64,000 nucleotides of DNA from Kiritimatiellia bacterium (lineage in GTDB: Bacteria; Verrucomicrobiota; Kiritimatiellia; RFP12; UBA1067), in contig JBMNFY010000001.1 of assembly GCA_050949565.1 (NCBI GenBank), forward strand, positions 32,001 to 96,000, in the 5' to 3' direction. The position numbers and the translations under genes were made by a program. Of this stretch, positions 49,401 to 57,927 are shown one piece after another (within the stretch, counting starts at the first letter, position 1; each line of letters starts with the position of its first letter). The notes below the pieces were generated by a model. The model searched no databases. It was not told the DNA's origin and saw nothing but the letters and a program-made list of their open reading frames with translations.

Positions 49401-50547
49401 CACCGTTGCCATAGGCGACGAGATAGTCCTTGCCACCGGCGTAAGCATCTGCAAACCACTGGCCGCTCGGTGCTACGTCGATATCCTGTCCGACAGTGGT
49501 GAAAGCCCAACTCCATCCGGCGATGGCGAAGGCCTCGCCTCTGAAGTACCCGAATCCGTCGCGGATCAGGCTACGGCGCGGGATGGCGGCGTATGCGCCC
49601 TGTTTGTGCCGGTAGTCGTGCGCCTTGCGCAGGTAGCGCCGCAACAGGAGAAGCTCGGTGGCGGCGGTGGAGGGGGCCTTGGTCATGCTGTGCAGATCAA
49701 CGCGCCCGACCATCAGTTCCGTCGCACTGGGCAGATAGCTTTGGTCAAACTTGCCATCACCGGGGATGTTGACGTTGGCTGGACGCGAGGCACTGGTATT
49801 GCTTACCGAGGCGTCGGTCCAGATGCCGTCCATATCGGCGTAGTAACCATCGGCCGGCCAGGCGCCGACATGGTTGCTGTGGCCGTCCGGTCCGATATTG
49901 CCGGAGTAGGGGACCGGGACGTGGCCGAGCAGATAGACCATCTTGACTTGTTCGGGATCGGCATTGTAGGCCGACTGGATCAACGCTTTGACGGCGGCAG
50001 GTGTGCCGGCGCGCGGCGCGAGAAGGGACTGCACCGTCCAGCCGTCGGCGGCGAGATCGGCGGTGAGTTGTGCGATCTCCGGTGCCAACGGCGCGGCCAG
50101 TGTGTCATCGACGACCAGCAGCAGGGTGCCGCGCTGATGAACCTCGGGCACCTTCACGCCCGCGCTGAGGTAGCCGACCGCCGGAGAGGGCGAGAGACCG
50201 GCGAACGAGCGTTGCAACCAGTATTCGTATTCGATGCCCGGCACGGCGCTGCTGTCGGCATACGTGGTGGCATTGGAGGCAAGTGTTGCTTGGAGTTCCC
50301 AAGGCATCCCGCTGGCGTTTTTGAGACGCCGGTGGAGTTTTTGCGAGGCGATTTTGTTGGCCTGACGCAGCGACCAGGAGAGGGTGATGCAGGGCGCGGT
50401 GTCAGAGACCGTGGCGCGCAGGTCGATCGCGAAGTCACGCGGCGTTTGCGCGATGGTCGTCAAGGAGAGGGCCATGATACCGAAGAACCATGCGGCGGTA
50501 CGCATCTTTTTTGTCAAACATGAGAGCGCGGGCATGTGTGTCTTCAT
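43417..50547 (-). CDS. 2376-aa surface protein: C25/gingipain-fold-like N domain, FN3 repeats, Calx-beta, DNRLRE-like domain, autotransporter-associated beta-strand repeats
   Basis: Signal peptide; FN3 LTW.D...NETGF.IERR; Calx-beta VNYATANTSAEAG.HY...GTL.W; KSYLRFDL; TKAGDGHLILAGDNTYGGTT-type repeats. No beta-barrel domain. Confidence 0.8.
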   Translation of the reverse strand: MKTHMPALSCLTKKMRTAAWFFGIMALSLTTIAQTPRDFAIDLRATVSDTAPCITLSWSLRQANKIASQKLHRRLKNASGMPWELQATLASNATTYADSSAVPGIEYEYWLQRSFAGLSPSPAVGYLSAGVKVPEVHQRGTLLLVVDDTLAAPLAPEIAQLTADLAADGWTVQSLLAPRAGTPAAVKALIQSAYNADPEQVKMVYLLGHVPVPYSGNIGPDGHSNHVGAWPADGYYADMDGIWTDASVSNTSASRPANVNIPGDGKFDQSYLPSATELMVGRVDLHSMTKAPSTAATELLLLRRYLRKAHDYRHKQGAYAAIPRRSLIRDGFGYFRGEAFAIAGWSWAFTTVGQDIDVAPSGQWFADAYAGGKDYLVAYGNGGGSYESASTIGTTTDFGLYPSRAVFTSLFGSYFGDWDADNVLLRAPLAGNATGDSLGLTCFWGGRPNRFMHHLGMGETVGFATLVSHNANFWSVRYQPNAYAGVHCGLMGDPALRLHAVEPPRHLHATSANSQVTLAWNASSEPALQGYHVYRAPTPAGPFTQLTEDPLTVTTYTDSTVTADETYTYLVRTLKLESAPGGSYYNLSVGSALTLTARAASSAIPSNPTGLTVMPSNAVQATLTWSDTAANETGFRIERRVDAADTFSLLATVAADTTTYLDPGPFTHGSSYAYRVVATNTAGDSPASTEASFVAIAGHFTLPSTRLKVSKTAGNVVLDAERFGGVNGPCSVNYATANTSAEAGIHYQPVNGTLAWPDGTVGAKSITVPIVNTGTPQPARQFTLALSGNSAGTGLTANRKASILIEDPTATLGAPWSQAIVGSVTDSSPAVLIDGILSSTLIGGSGITSGSTDNGRFIYQSRSGDGSLTAYFPTGIPHDSSARVCVMIRASTANNAISAAAVAGTTAVFGSKLAYRATTGGSASAIPSSANGLYLDCWLRLTRIGPRFTAEASKDGTDWTVLGAATLGGMPDTALWGIFHLASNRNDFHLASASTVTFADPPLPAVPTNLVANAPTPTAVTLTWASVSGASGYVIERRMEGEAFVQLADIATTDGSTQTYTDTGLSADTALAYRVRAYNSAASSEFCEPVTVTTPPPYLLLTVTTADTGGADATVQRDLASVPLGTGDVVSVAGFYHYDGNSWSVLSNACKSYLRFDLTDLPTPVSAQLAMTFVEARLFEQSGYFDIDAVLLADSSDSWDETTLTWNNAPQNATASYGFTGTTHSLGGLYEERLPIVGEILRMPLDAATLFNNRGADNRVTIALYQYLGATTDWASREHATLTPPTLEFACVNSAPLRPAFFTATPGRLFSIQLDWTDVATNETGYVLERSVNGGDFMPFQTLPPDTTHITDDTTQPNTLYAYRVRTVNAAGPSAWSSVATLETPGTFEAWGTVWDAEGLVPHLSWRLNWDLDQTPPFDGTMPLNFASSGTVAQVNVEARVSGISLHSRDPFTLIDGGGSLILGGGGIRAANPNTDTPLLYTVAADITLEADQTWGVTNNGAGLTTLLVSGPVQDGDTPFGFTKAGDGHLILAGDNTYGGTTRITDGTVLVRHSNAFGSATGGTLVEGPAWIELDGDLAVPEPLTLANNAPDGAVRALVGTNTWSGPVTSSAASPLRALNTSSLTFTGGVTAPSGLTLVPDPNAEIAISGAPLTAGASSKIIAQGGGTVAFGASDNLWGTLEIASTTVRTDAPNALPPRSVVAMGRTGALDAVLDLNGFDQTVAQLKRGLTTPGNRIVTSATPATLTVDHSGSTMYFDGVFNGAVNVTKTGSGTYGLTAAGHGTSGDFTISNGTLRFYATPVIADTARLSISAPGKLQLPADSVETVGELVLDGGRKWQGTWGSSSSPADNKDDTHFSGSGMVLVPFGNSTAWDGGASTPDINAPFNWDYDDLPELYDGSRRLAFGVGGHLAVVNTNVHFRGILLNRTADFTIAPGGGTLMLGTDGLCAALPGNLPYTYTIEAPLVMAVPQLWCVTNAGAAQTMIVVTGTLSDGGANLPLEKEGIGTLSLAGDNRAYGGEIIVRSNSVLRVAHMYGLGSADTPTRVQAGGCLEVGGNTTVAEPVILEDPESTLCGVSGTNRWCGPITQSGPVRICAREDGSFLFTVPVSPSYDLVLSPELGACVALAEQPQLLGSRKLCAHGAGIVAIAVTGNTWSTLEIGGATVRLDAPNVLPANSIVAMGATYNLDATLDLNGNDQTVAQLKRGLTTSGNRTVTSATPATLTVNQVSSTYYCDASFSGAVSLVKAGAGTLYLLGTNTTATGAVTVQAGTLRLHATASLGQSTRVTVAGGTLRLGSGDSISDDADLALAASGAKLYLDTGVTETVRTLRIGNTLMRRGTYSADAASGAQVIDTLRFSGTGVLRVLRGTESVITLR

Positions 50548-50585
50548 ACGGCAGTTTAGCGGCTGTGCCGCAGAGCGGCGTGGTT

Positions 50586-51305
50586 TTACATGGCTTTTAA
50601 CAGTTCAAGCTCAGCGTTCAGAAGAATGGCGTACATCTCTTCAGCGGTCGTGGCGGCGCGCAGATCGGGGAGCAGTTCAGTGCCATGCGCCAACATGCAG
50701 AGCCGAGCCAGGACGTGCAGATGCAAGACGTCGTCGGTACAACAGATCAAAAAGAAAAGATCGGTCTGCTCTCCGTCCTGCGCCCCGAAGAAAATCTGCT
50801 GCACGGTCTTGCCGAGCACAATAAAGGAGTCGGCGGCATAGTAGGGGTCGTGGTAGCGTGCGTGCAGAAAGGCGGCGCCGCCGCCGATCGCGGTGGAACT
50901 GACACTCTCGCGCTCTTCGATTTCGCGCTGCAAGGCGGCATCATCATAGAGCAGGTCCGTAGTGACCGCCAGGGCGACCATGTCACGGATCACGCCTGGC
51001 TTGGTTTTCGCGGACATCTCCGGGTCGATCCATTCGGGGCGGCAGAGGCGCTTGATGAGGATGTCATCCGAGTCCCTGTCCGTGCGCACTTCGGTCTCTT
51101 GGCGGTGATGCTCCGAGAGCATGCGGCTGCTGAGTCCCATAATCCTACGCTGTGCCCAGTCGTCGAGCACGCGGTGTTCGAAAACCACGTCATCGCCCTG
51201 CCGGATAAAGGGAATCTCGTCGCGCTGTACCAGATGGAACAGCTCGCGTTCCGAGATGCGGATGTGGCGTGCAGCCTGCCGCAAAGATAGTTTTCTGTGT
51301 GGCAT
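50586..51305 (-). CDS. PTS IIA (Ntr/fructose-type) domain protein with N-terminal excisionase-like HTH
   Basis: LSLRQAARHI...EIPF; ERESVSSTAIGGGAAFLHAR with conserved His; HLHVLARL. Confidence 0.88.
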   Translation of the reverse strand: MPHRKLSLRQAARHIRISERELFHLVQRDEIPFIRQGDDVVFEHRVLDDWAQRRIMGLSSRMLSEHHRQETEVRTDRDSDDILIKRLCRPEWIDPEMSAKTKPGVIRDMVALAVTTDLLYDDAALQREIEERESVSSTAIGGGAAFLHARYHDPYYAADSFIVLGKTVQQIFFGAQDGEQTDLFFLICCTDDVLHLHVLARLCMLAHGTELLPDLRAATTAEEMYAILLNAELELLKAM

Positions 51306-51527
51306 GAGGACCCATTTTACCGGATTCAGTGTTGTGCGTCAAAGCGCATGTCTACAAAAACGTAATGGGTGGAAAATCTGCCGCGAGGTATGATACTCTG
51401 CCTCCACTGATGCGACTGACAATAGGCTCTGATGTGGATCGCTGGAATCGACGGGATCGAATGATTCGAATAAGTCGATTCTCTCGATTCATTTGAAGAG
51501 CCGCCTATAGTGATGAGGAGGAAAGAG

Positions 51528-52415
51528 GTGAATCTTAATCGCAGAGATTGTCTCCGAGGCATTTTTTTCACGACGCTTTCCGCTGCGGCGGGTTCGCAGC
51601 AGGCGGCGTTCGGCAAGCCCTCGGCGGGCGCGGCACTGCCTGCGCCGAAGGCCGGGACGTTTGATTTTGAGGCGGCTGCGTTCGACCCGAAAGGCGGGCA
51701 CATACAAGGTGCCGCGGCATCCGATGAGGCGCTCTATCTGGCGCAAATGACGCGGATATGCAAGTTTGACTGGAACGGGAAGATGCTCAAGACGCTCGAT
51801 GTGATCACCCACACAGGCGACGTCTGCTGGCATGATGGATGTCTGTACACGTCCGTTGCCGTCTACGGCGGGCCGAACAAGGGCAAGGGGATGATCCAAG
51901 TGTTCGACAAAAATCTCGATCTCCAGCGTGAGACGCTCATCGACCGGGGAACCGACGGGATCACGTTGTTGGACGGCACGCTCTATGTGGGCATGGGTGC
52001 CAAAACGCAACCCTCGAAAGAGCCGCACCGCGTGAATCTTTTCGGACGATTCGATCCGGTCTCGTTGAAAGAGACCGCGCCGCGTCAGGAGGTCGACTAC
52101 GGTTTTGAGACGCACTACGGCGCACAGAATATGCTGACGGACGGGAAGATACTCTACGTAAACTTTTACGGTGCGAAGGGGAGTCCGCCGTTCGTCGCGT
52201 TCGACAAAGATTTTAAGCCCCTGAAAACGTTCCGCTTCGGCACGGGGCAGGGAGCCGATTTTGTGCCCGCCGCGCGCGCGGCGGGCAAGGTGCGCGTGTT
52301 CACCATCCGGACGACCGGAAACTGGCGGGCGAAGGGCGATCAGCCAGCCGAGCCACCAGGCGCACGGATTCAGTTTTACGACTTCGACGGCGAGACATTT
52401 ACCGCCGTTAAGTGA
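51528..52415 (+). CDS. Tat-exported beta-propeller-like hypothetical protein
   Basis: NRRDCL twin-arginine signal; GHIQG, HTGD blade motifs; SD GAGGAGG before the GTG. Confidence 0.7.
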   Translation: MNLNRRDCLRGIFFTTLSAAAGSQQAAFGKPSAGAALPAPKAGTFDFEAAAFDPKGGHIQGAAASDEALYLAQMTRICKFDWNGKMLKTLDVITHTGDVCWHDGCLYTSVAVYGGPNKGKGMIQVFDKNLDLQRETLIDRGTDGITLLDGTLYVGMGAKTQPSKEPHRVNLFGRFDPVSLKETAPRQEVDYGFETHYGAQNMLTDGKILYVNFYGAKGSPPFVAFDKDFKPLKTFRFGTGQGADFVPAARAAGKVRVFTIRTTGNWRAKGDQPAEPPGARIQFYDFDGETFTAVK

Positions 52416-52491
52416 GCGATAGGAAGCACGTCCGCATGATCGATCGGATCAATGGTGGCAGGTTTGATGAAACTTTAAATCAGGAGGAAAG

Positions 52492-55195
52492 ATGATGAAA
52501 CAAAAAGTGATTTTCGCATGTCTGTTACTGTTTGGCGCAATGGCGCTCATGGCGGAGGATGCGTATGTGGAGACGGACTATACTCAGGGTCAGGGTATCA
52601 ACACAGGGTACTGCATGACGCCCAATACGCGCTGGGAGGTGGACTTTCAACTCACGGAGACGACCAACAAACAGGCGCGGATCGTCGGGGGCGACCATGA
52701 GGCTACCGACCCCAAATTTTTTGTCTCTTGCTATATTAATGGGGGCGGTCACTTCAGTTTCGGAGCGGGCAACACGTTCAAAGCGTTTTCGACCGGTATA
52801 CCGGTGGACACCGCCCGCCATACGGCAATTCTGGACTGTTTCACTAAAAAGATGTACTACATCGATGCCGCGGGTGTTACAAATTGGACGGGGACGATTG
52901 ATGTGGAATGTACGAAAACGGCGACCACACCGCTTGTCCTCTGCGCGGATGCGTATACGGCAGATGCCGCTCAAGTCACAAGATGCGCGTCTGCAAAAAT
53001 CTACGGCTTCAGGGTCTATGAGCAGGGGACGCTCGTGCGCGACTTCACGCCATGCATGAGGCGGGTTTGCCGGGGTTGCTGATTCGGTGACAGGACTGTT
53101 CGTCAAGGACGACCGCGTGGGTGCCGCCGCGCTCGCCTACGGCGGCGACATTGAATCGTATGAGGATGGTTATGTTGAATCCGCAGGCAATCAACATGTG
53201 AACAGCCGTTACTTTATGAACCCCGGCACGAAGGTGGAGATCGATTACGCCTTGACCGATGCCAAGGTGAACTCGCAGTGGCGTCTTGTCGGCGCGGACA
53301 AATCTGGCTGCAACACGTACTCCGCCATTTACATTGGCGGGGGCGGCGTGAGCTTCGGCACGGGCGATGCGTTTACGGGCCACGGCACGCAGGTCGCGCC
53401 GGATCTGCTGCGCCATACCTGCGTGATCGACAGTCCCGGCAACACGTATTACTACATTACCGGTGCAACCACGAACTGGCGGGGCACCATCGCCTCCACA
53501 CGCACAAAGACTGCTTTGCACCCGATGGGAATTTTCGGAGGTACTACCAGTGCGTCAGGGACCTCGTTTGTCGATCCTGCGAAGGCGAAGATTTATCGCG
53601 TGAAATTCTGGACGGACGGCGAGTTGCTCCACGACTATCTTCCGTGCGTGCAAGACGGTGTCGCCGGGTTCAAGGATCTGGTCGACGGCGCGTTTGTCAC
53701 GTCGGGCGGCTTGACCGCCGGTGGTGACATCGCCTCTGAGGAGGGTGATGGTTACATCGAAAGCACCGGGGGCAACCACTATATTGACACAGGGTATTAC
53801 TTCGGGCCAAAGACCCGTATCGATGCAGATTTCGCCCTCGTCGAGACCAACTTACAGCAGTTTGTCTTCGAGACTGGCACCGAAGTGGTGAGCCGGTTTT
53901 ATATCAACTGGGGGGGCCAATACGCTTGGACGTGTAACGACGATGTCGGCAACTGGACCTCCACCGGCATACCGCTCGCGACGTATGTACGGCGGTTGGG
54001 GACGATCGATGCCCACAACAAAACGGTTGCGTTTTCGACGGCGAGTTTCACCAATTACACTGCCACGATCACGAATTGCACCAAAACTTGCACAAGGCCG
54101 ATGATCTTACTCGCAAGTGTAAACAAGAACAGCAACTTCGCAAAGATGCGGCTGTATGGATTCAAAATCTACGAAGAAGACGTGCTGGTGCGTGACTACG
54201 TGCCGTACGTGATAAACGGTGTGGCGGGGCTGAAGGACACGCTCAGCGGCTCGTTTGCGGTGAGTGGCAACTACAGCGCTTTTTCTTGGGGCGGGAATAT
54301 TCAGGGTGAGTCGGGCGATGCCTACCTTGAAGCGGACGGCACACAGGCCATCAACACCGGCTACTTCCCCAATCCCGGAACGAAAATCGTTGCCGATTTC
54401 CAGATGATGACAGTTGTGGGGCAGATGCGTCCTTTCGGTGAGGCCAACACAATGAGCGCCGAACTTTATATCGACGGTTCGTCGACGGGGTCGGGCAACT
54501 TTGCGTTTGGCTTCGGGGATTCATGGACCAAATCGAAGACGATGGCAGCGAATGACAAACGGCATGTGGCCACGCTGGATATCATGAACAAGGGCTATTC
54601 CATTGTCACGGACGGGGCGGTTTCCCTTTCCGGAACCATCGCAAACGCCTGTACGAAAACGGCGGGCCATCCGCTGGCGTTGTACGCCAAAGCGACAAGT
54701 GCGGACGGTACGACATTCGATGGACTGGCGAAAATGAGGCTGTATTCGGCCAGAATTTACGAAGCGGGCGTGCTCGTGCGTGAGTTCCTGCCGTACAAGG
54801 ATGGCGAGACGGTCGGCCTCTACGACACCGTGACCGGCACGGTCAAGACCGACGCACTGTCATCGGCAACGGCGTTTACGGTCGGCGGCATGGGTGTGGA
54901 CGGCGGCGGATCGGCTTTTGTGGTCGCGCCGCAGAATACGGTGGTGGGTGCCAACCAGACGACCACACTCGCGGCCTATGCGCCGGGCGCGGTTGCGTAC
55001 CGCTGGACGAAAGACGGTGTTCTCATTGAAGGCGTGACCGGCGGCAGCCTGACGGTCGCATGGGAAAAGCTGCCGCTGCAGAGCGTGTACGCCGTGACGC
55101 CGGTTTATTCCGTCAATGGCAAGGCGGTTGAAGGCACGCCAACCACAGCCACTGTGAAAAATCTGCCGCGAGGTATGCTATTCTACATTCGCTGA
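52492..55195 (+). pseudogene. exported protein with four tandem LamG/ConA-like repeats, interrupted by indels at ~53055-53085
   Basis: Repeats start DAYVETD, DGYVESAG, DGYIESTG and DAYLEADG, each ending in K.Y..K.Y..G.LVRDxxP; ORFs 52492-53082 and 53087-55195 are parts of one gene. Confidence 0.75.
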
Positions 55196-55200
55196 TGTGG

Positions 55201-55425
55201 CTGCAAGTCGCGGGTCGCGAGTAAAAGCACTGCTCTGCTGTTTCACGCGAAGGCGCGAAGACGCGAAGGTTTTTTGGAGGGCCTTACTCGGGTTTGTTTA
55301 ACCACAGAGAACACAGAGGGCACAGAGTTTTTTGGGGGCGTTGCTCGGCTTTTTGGAAGCGCCAAGGCGCCAAGAACGCCAAGGCGAGTCCCTGATTTTC
55401 ATGAAGTTTCATGTGTTTCATGGTG
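55201..55425. repeat. composite intergenic 9-mer repeat mosaic
   Basis: cgcgaaggcgcgaagacgcgaagg, cacagagaacacagagggcacagag, cgccaaggcgccaagaacgccaagg, ttcatg runs. Confidence 0.85.
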
Positions 55426-55504
55426 TTGAATTCGAAAGTTTTGCTGACTTTCGGCACAGGGGCTGTCTATAATGGGGCAACCAGTAAAGGAGAAGAACGA
55501 GACA

Positions 55505-56468
55505 ATGAAAAAAGTGATGGTGATGCTGGCGGTGATGCTGGCGGGCGTGGCCGCGCAAGCGGAGCAGTGTTTGAACGGCGGCAGGGGTTCCGGCGGTAAT
55601 AAAACAGACCTGCTGCACCTCTCCCATGTGCATCGCGGCGGTGGGAAACTGGAAAGCCCGGACAATACCTTGGAGACGTTCAAGTGGTGTTGGGAGAATG
55701 GCAGCGCTCTCGAATGCGATTGCCGCAAGACGAAGGACGGCGTGGGTATCATGCTGCACGACGACACGCTTGCGCGTACGGCACGGGGCATCCCGGAAGA
55801 ATTGAAGAAGAAGTCCGTGTCGAAGGAGCTGACTTGGGACGAGATCAAGGACGTAGATGTGGGCTCGTACCTGTCGCCGAAGTTCGCGCATCATCGTATC
55901 CCGACGATCGACGCGACATTTGCAGCGATGAAGGGCAACCCGACCTATCTCTGCTTTGTGGATGAAAAGGGCGCAGGACCGGAATACATCGCGAAAAAAG
56001 CGCAGGAGGCGGGCGTGCAGGATCAGGTGTACTACACCGGCCCTAGCCACGCGAAGATTTTCGAGTGGAACAAGATCCTGCCCGGCGGCAAATCGCTGCT
56101 TTGGCTCGGCGCTTGGCCCAAGGGTCGGAGCGCGGCTGAGCGGACGCGTGCTGATACTTGGTTCCGCGATGCGATGGCGAAACTGCGTGCGAAAGAGTTC
56201 AAGTACATCTCCGCTAGTCTCGATCCACACCTACTACGATCCGAAAGATCCCGTCGATCCGTTCATCCCGTCGACGCCCCTCCTCAAGGAGATGGTCAAT
56301 GAGTTTCACTCGCATGGCATTCCCGTGGCCTCGATCCCGTTCGCGGGCGGTGAAACCGAAGAGGTGTACTTCAAGCTGTACGATTTGGGTTTTGACGCCT
56401 TCTCGACAGACTATCCGTCGGTGATGTTCTCGGTAATCCGCAAGCTCAAAGCGGGCAAGCGTGAGTAG
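55505..56468 (+). pseudogene. glycerophosphodiester phosphodiesterase (GDPD), 1-nt frameshift near 56215
   Basis: HRGG...PDNTLETF, ECDCRKTKDG...HDDTLART, IPT; C-terminal GFDAFSTDYP lies in the other frame. Confidence 0.85.
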
Positions 56469-56486
56469 TTGGGCTCTTGCCCCCTC

Positions 56487-56535
56487 GTGGCATGGGCGTC
56501 CCGCCCATGAAACACGGGCAAGATGCCCGTGCCAC
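56487..56535. repeat. REP doublet identical to 4287-4335
   Basis: Direct sequence identity. Confidence 0.9.
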
Positions 56536-56559
56536 ACTTGTGAGCAAAGTTGTTTACGT

Positions 56560-57927
56560 ATGAAAAAACTGTTTGATGATGAGGTGATCGGCCGGCGCTT
56601 CCACCGCGGTCAGTGGCGGATGCTCGGCATGACGATCATCGGGTACACGCTCTTTTACTTCCTACGGAAGAACTTCAGTTTCGCGATGCCGGGACTCGAA
56701 CAGGATCTCGGTGTCTCCAAATCTATGCTCGGCAACTGTCTGTTCGCCGGCGGCATTGTTTACGGCATCTCGAAGTTCTTGAACGGATTCATCGGCGACC
56801 GTGTCAATGCGCGCAAGATGCTCTGCTTCGGGCTTGCGATCTGCGTGTGCGTGAACATCGCGTTCGGCTTTGCGGAGGAGATCGCCGGTCTCTTTTTGGG
56901 CGAGGGAGCGGACGCGGCTTCGCGTGTGGCGACACTGGCCGTGGTGATCGGCGGACTCTACGTTCTCAGCCAGTTCTTTCAGGGAACAGGCTTTCCGCCG
57001 TGTGCGAAGCTGCTTGCCTTCTGGATTCCGCCGAATGAGCTGGCCACCAAGATGAACCTGTGGAACACCTCGCACTCGATCGGTGGCGGGATCGTTGCGA
57101 AAATCTGCGGTGTGATCATGGGGCTCGGAGTGATCGGGAGCGCCAATCAGGGCATCGGAATGTGGAAGTGGTGCTTCTGGTCGATGGCCGCTTTGGGGTT
57201 CGCCGGTCTCGTGCTCCTGTGGTTCGGGCTTCCGGGTACACCGGAAGAGGAGGGGTTGCCGCCTGTCCCAGGAACGGAGACCTTGAAAACGGAGAGCCAG
57301 ACGACGATGATCAAAGGCGATCGTCCGTCTGTCTGGAAGGGAGTGTTCTCGCATCCGGCGATCTGGGTACTCGGATGTTGCAACTTCACGATCAATGCCG
57401 TGCGCGCGCTGGTGGCGGACTGGGGACCGACCATGCTGCAGGAGGCGAAGCACCTGACATCGTCCGAGGCCGGGACAGTGATTATGGCCTTCGAGTTCGC
57501 CGGTATTGCGGGCATGCTTCTGTCGGGCTGGGTGACGGACCGCTTCGCGGGCGGGCGCAGTCCGCGTGTCTGCGTGTTTCTGATGGCGCTCACGGCGTTG
57601 TTCCTATGGCTTTTCTTAAAGCTGCCGACCGGTGCCGCTTCCGGCGCGGCGCTGTGTGCGGTCGGGTTCTGCCTGTACGGGCCGCAGGCCCTGACGGGTG
57701 TCGCGGCGACCAATCTTTGCGGTAAACAATTTGCCGGGACATCCATCGGTTTTATCTCGCTCTTCTCGTACATCGGCGTGTCGATCTCCGGCAAGGTCTG
57801 CGGTACGCTCGCGCAATCAACGGGCGGGTGGCAGATGCCGGTAACGGTCATCGCCAGCACGGCGGTGGCCGGCATGGTGTTTTTCCTGTTGCTCTGGGGG
57901 GCGAAGGCCGACAATTATGGTGAGTGA
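56560..57927 (+). CDS. MFS organophosphate:Pi antiporter (GlpT/UhpC family)
   Basis: GYTLFYFLRKNFSFAMP, YGISKF..G.IGDR.N, FQGTGFPPC, WNTSHSIGG, YGPQ. Confidence 0.9.
   Translation: MKKLFDDEVIGRRFHRGQWRMLGMTIIGYTLFYFLRKNFSFAMPGLEQDLGVSKSMLGNCLFAGGIVYGISKFLNGFIGDRVNARKMLCFGLAICVCVNIAFGFAEEIAGLFLGEGADAASRVATLAVVIGGLYVLSQFFQGTGFPPCAKLLAFWIPPNELATKMNLWNTSHSIGGGIVAKICGVIMGLGVIGSANQGIGMWKWCFWSMAALGFAGLVLLWFGLPGTPEEEGLPPVPGTETLKTESQTTMIKGDRPSVWKGVFSHPAIWVLGCCNFTINAVRALVADWGPTMLQEAKHLTSSEAGTVIMAFEFAGIAGMLLSGWVTDRFAGGRSPRVCVFLMALTALFLWLFLKLPTGAASGAALCAVGFCLYGPQALTGVAATNLCGKQFAGTSIGFISLFSYIGVSISGKVCGTLAQSTGGWQMPVTVIASTAVAGMVFFLLLWGAKADNYGE

Noticed and set aside
56205-56225. Programmed frameshift in the GDPD gene
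   Set aside because: No slippery sequence; a single extra base, most simply a sequencing error or recent mutation.
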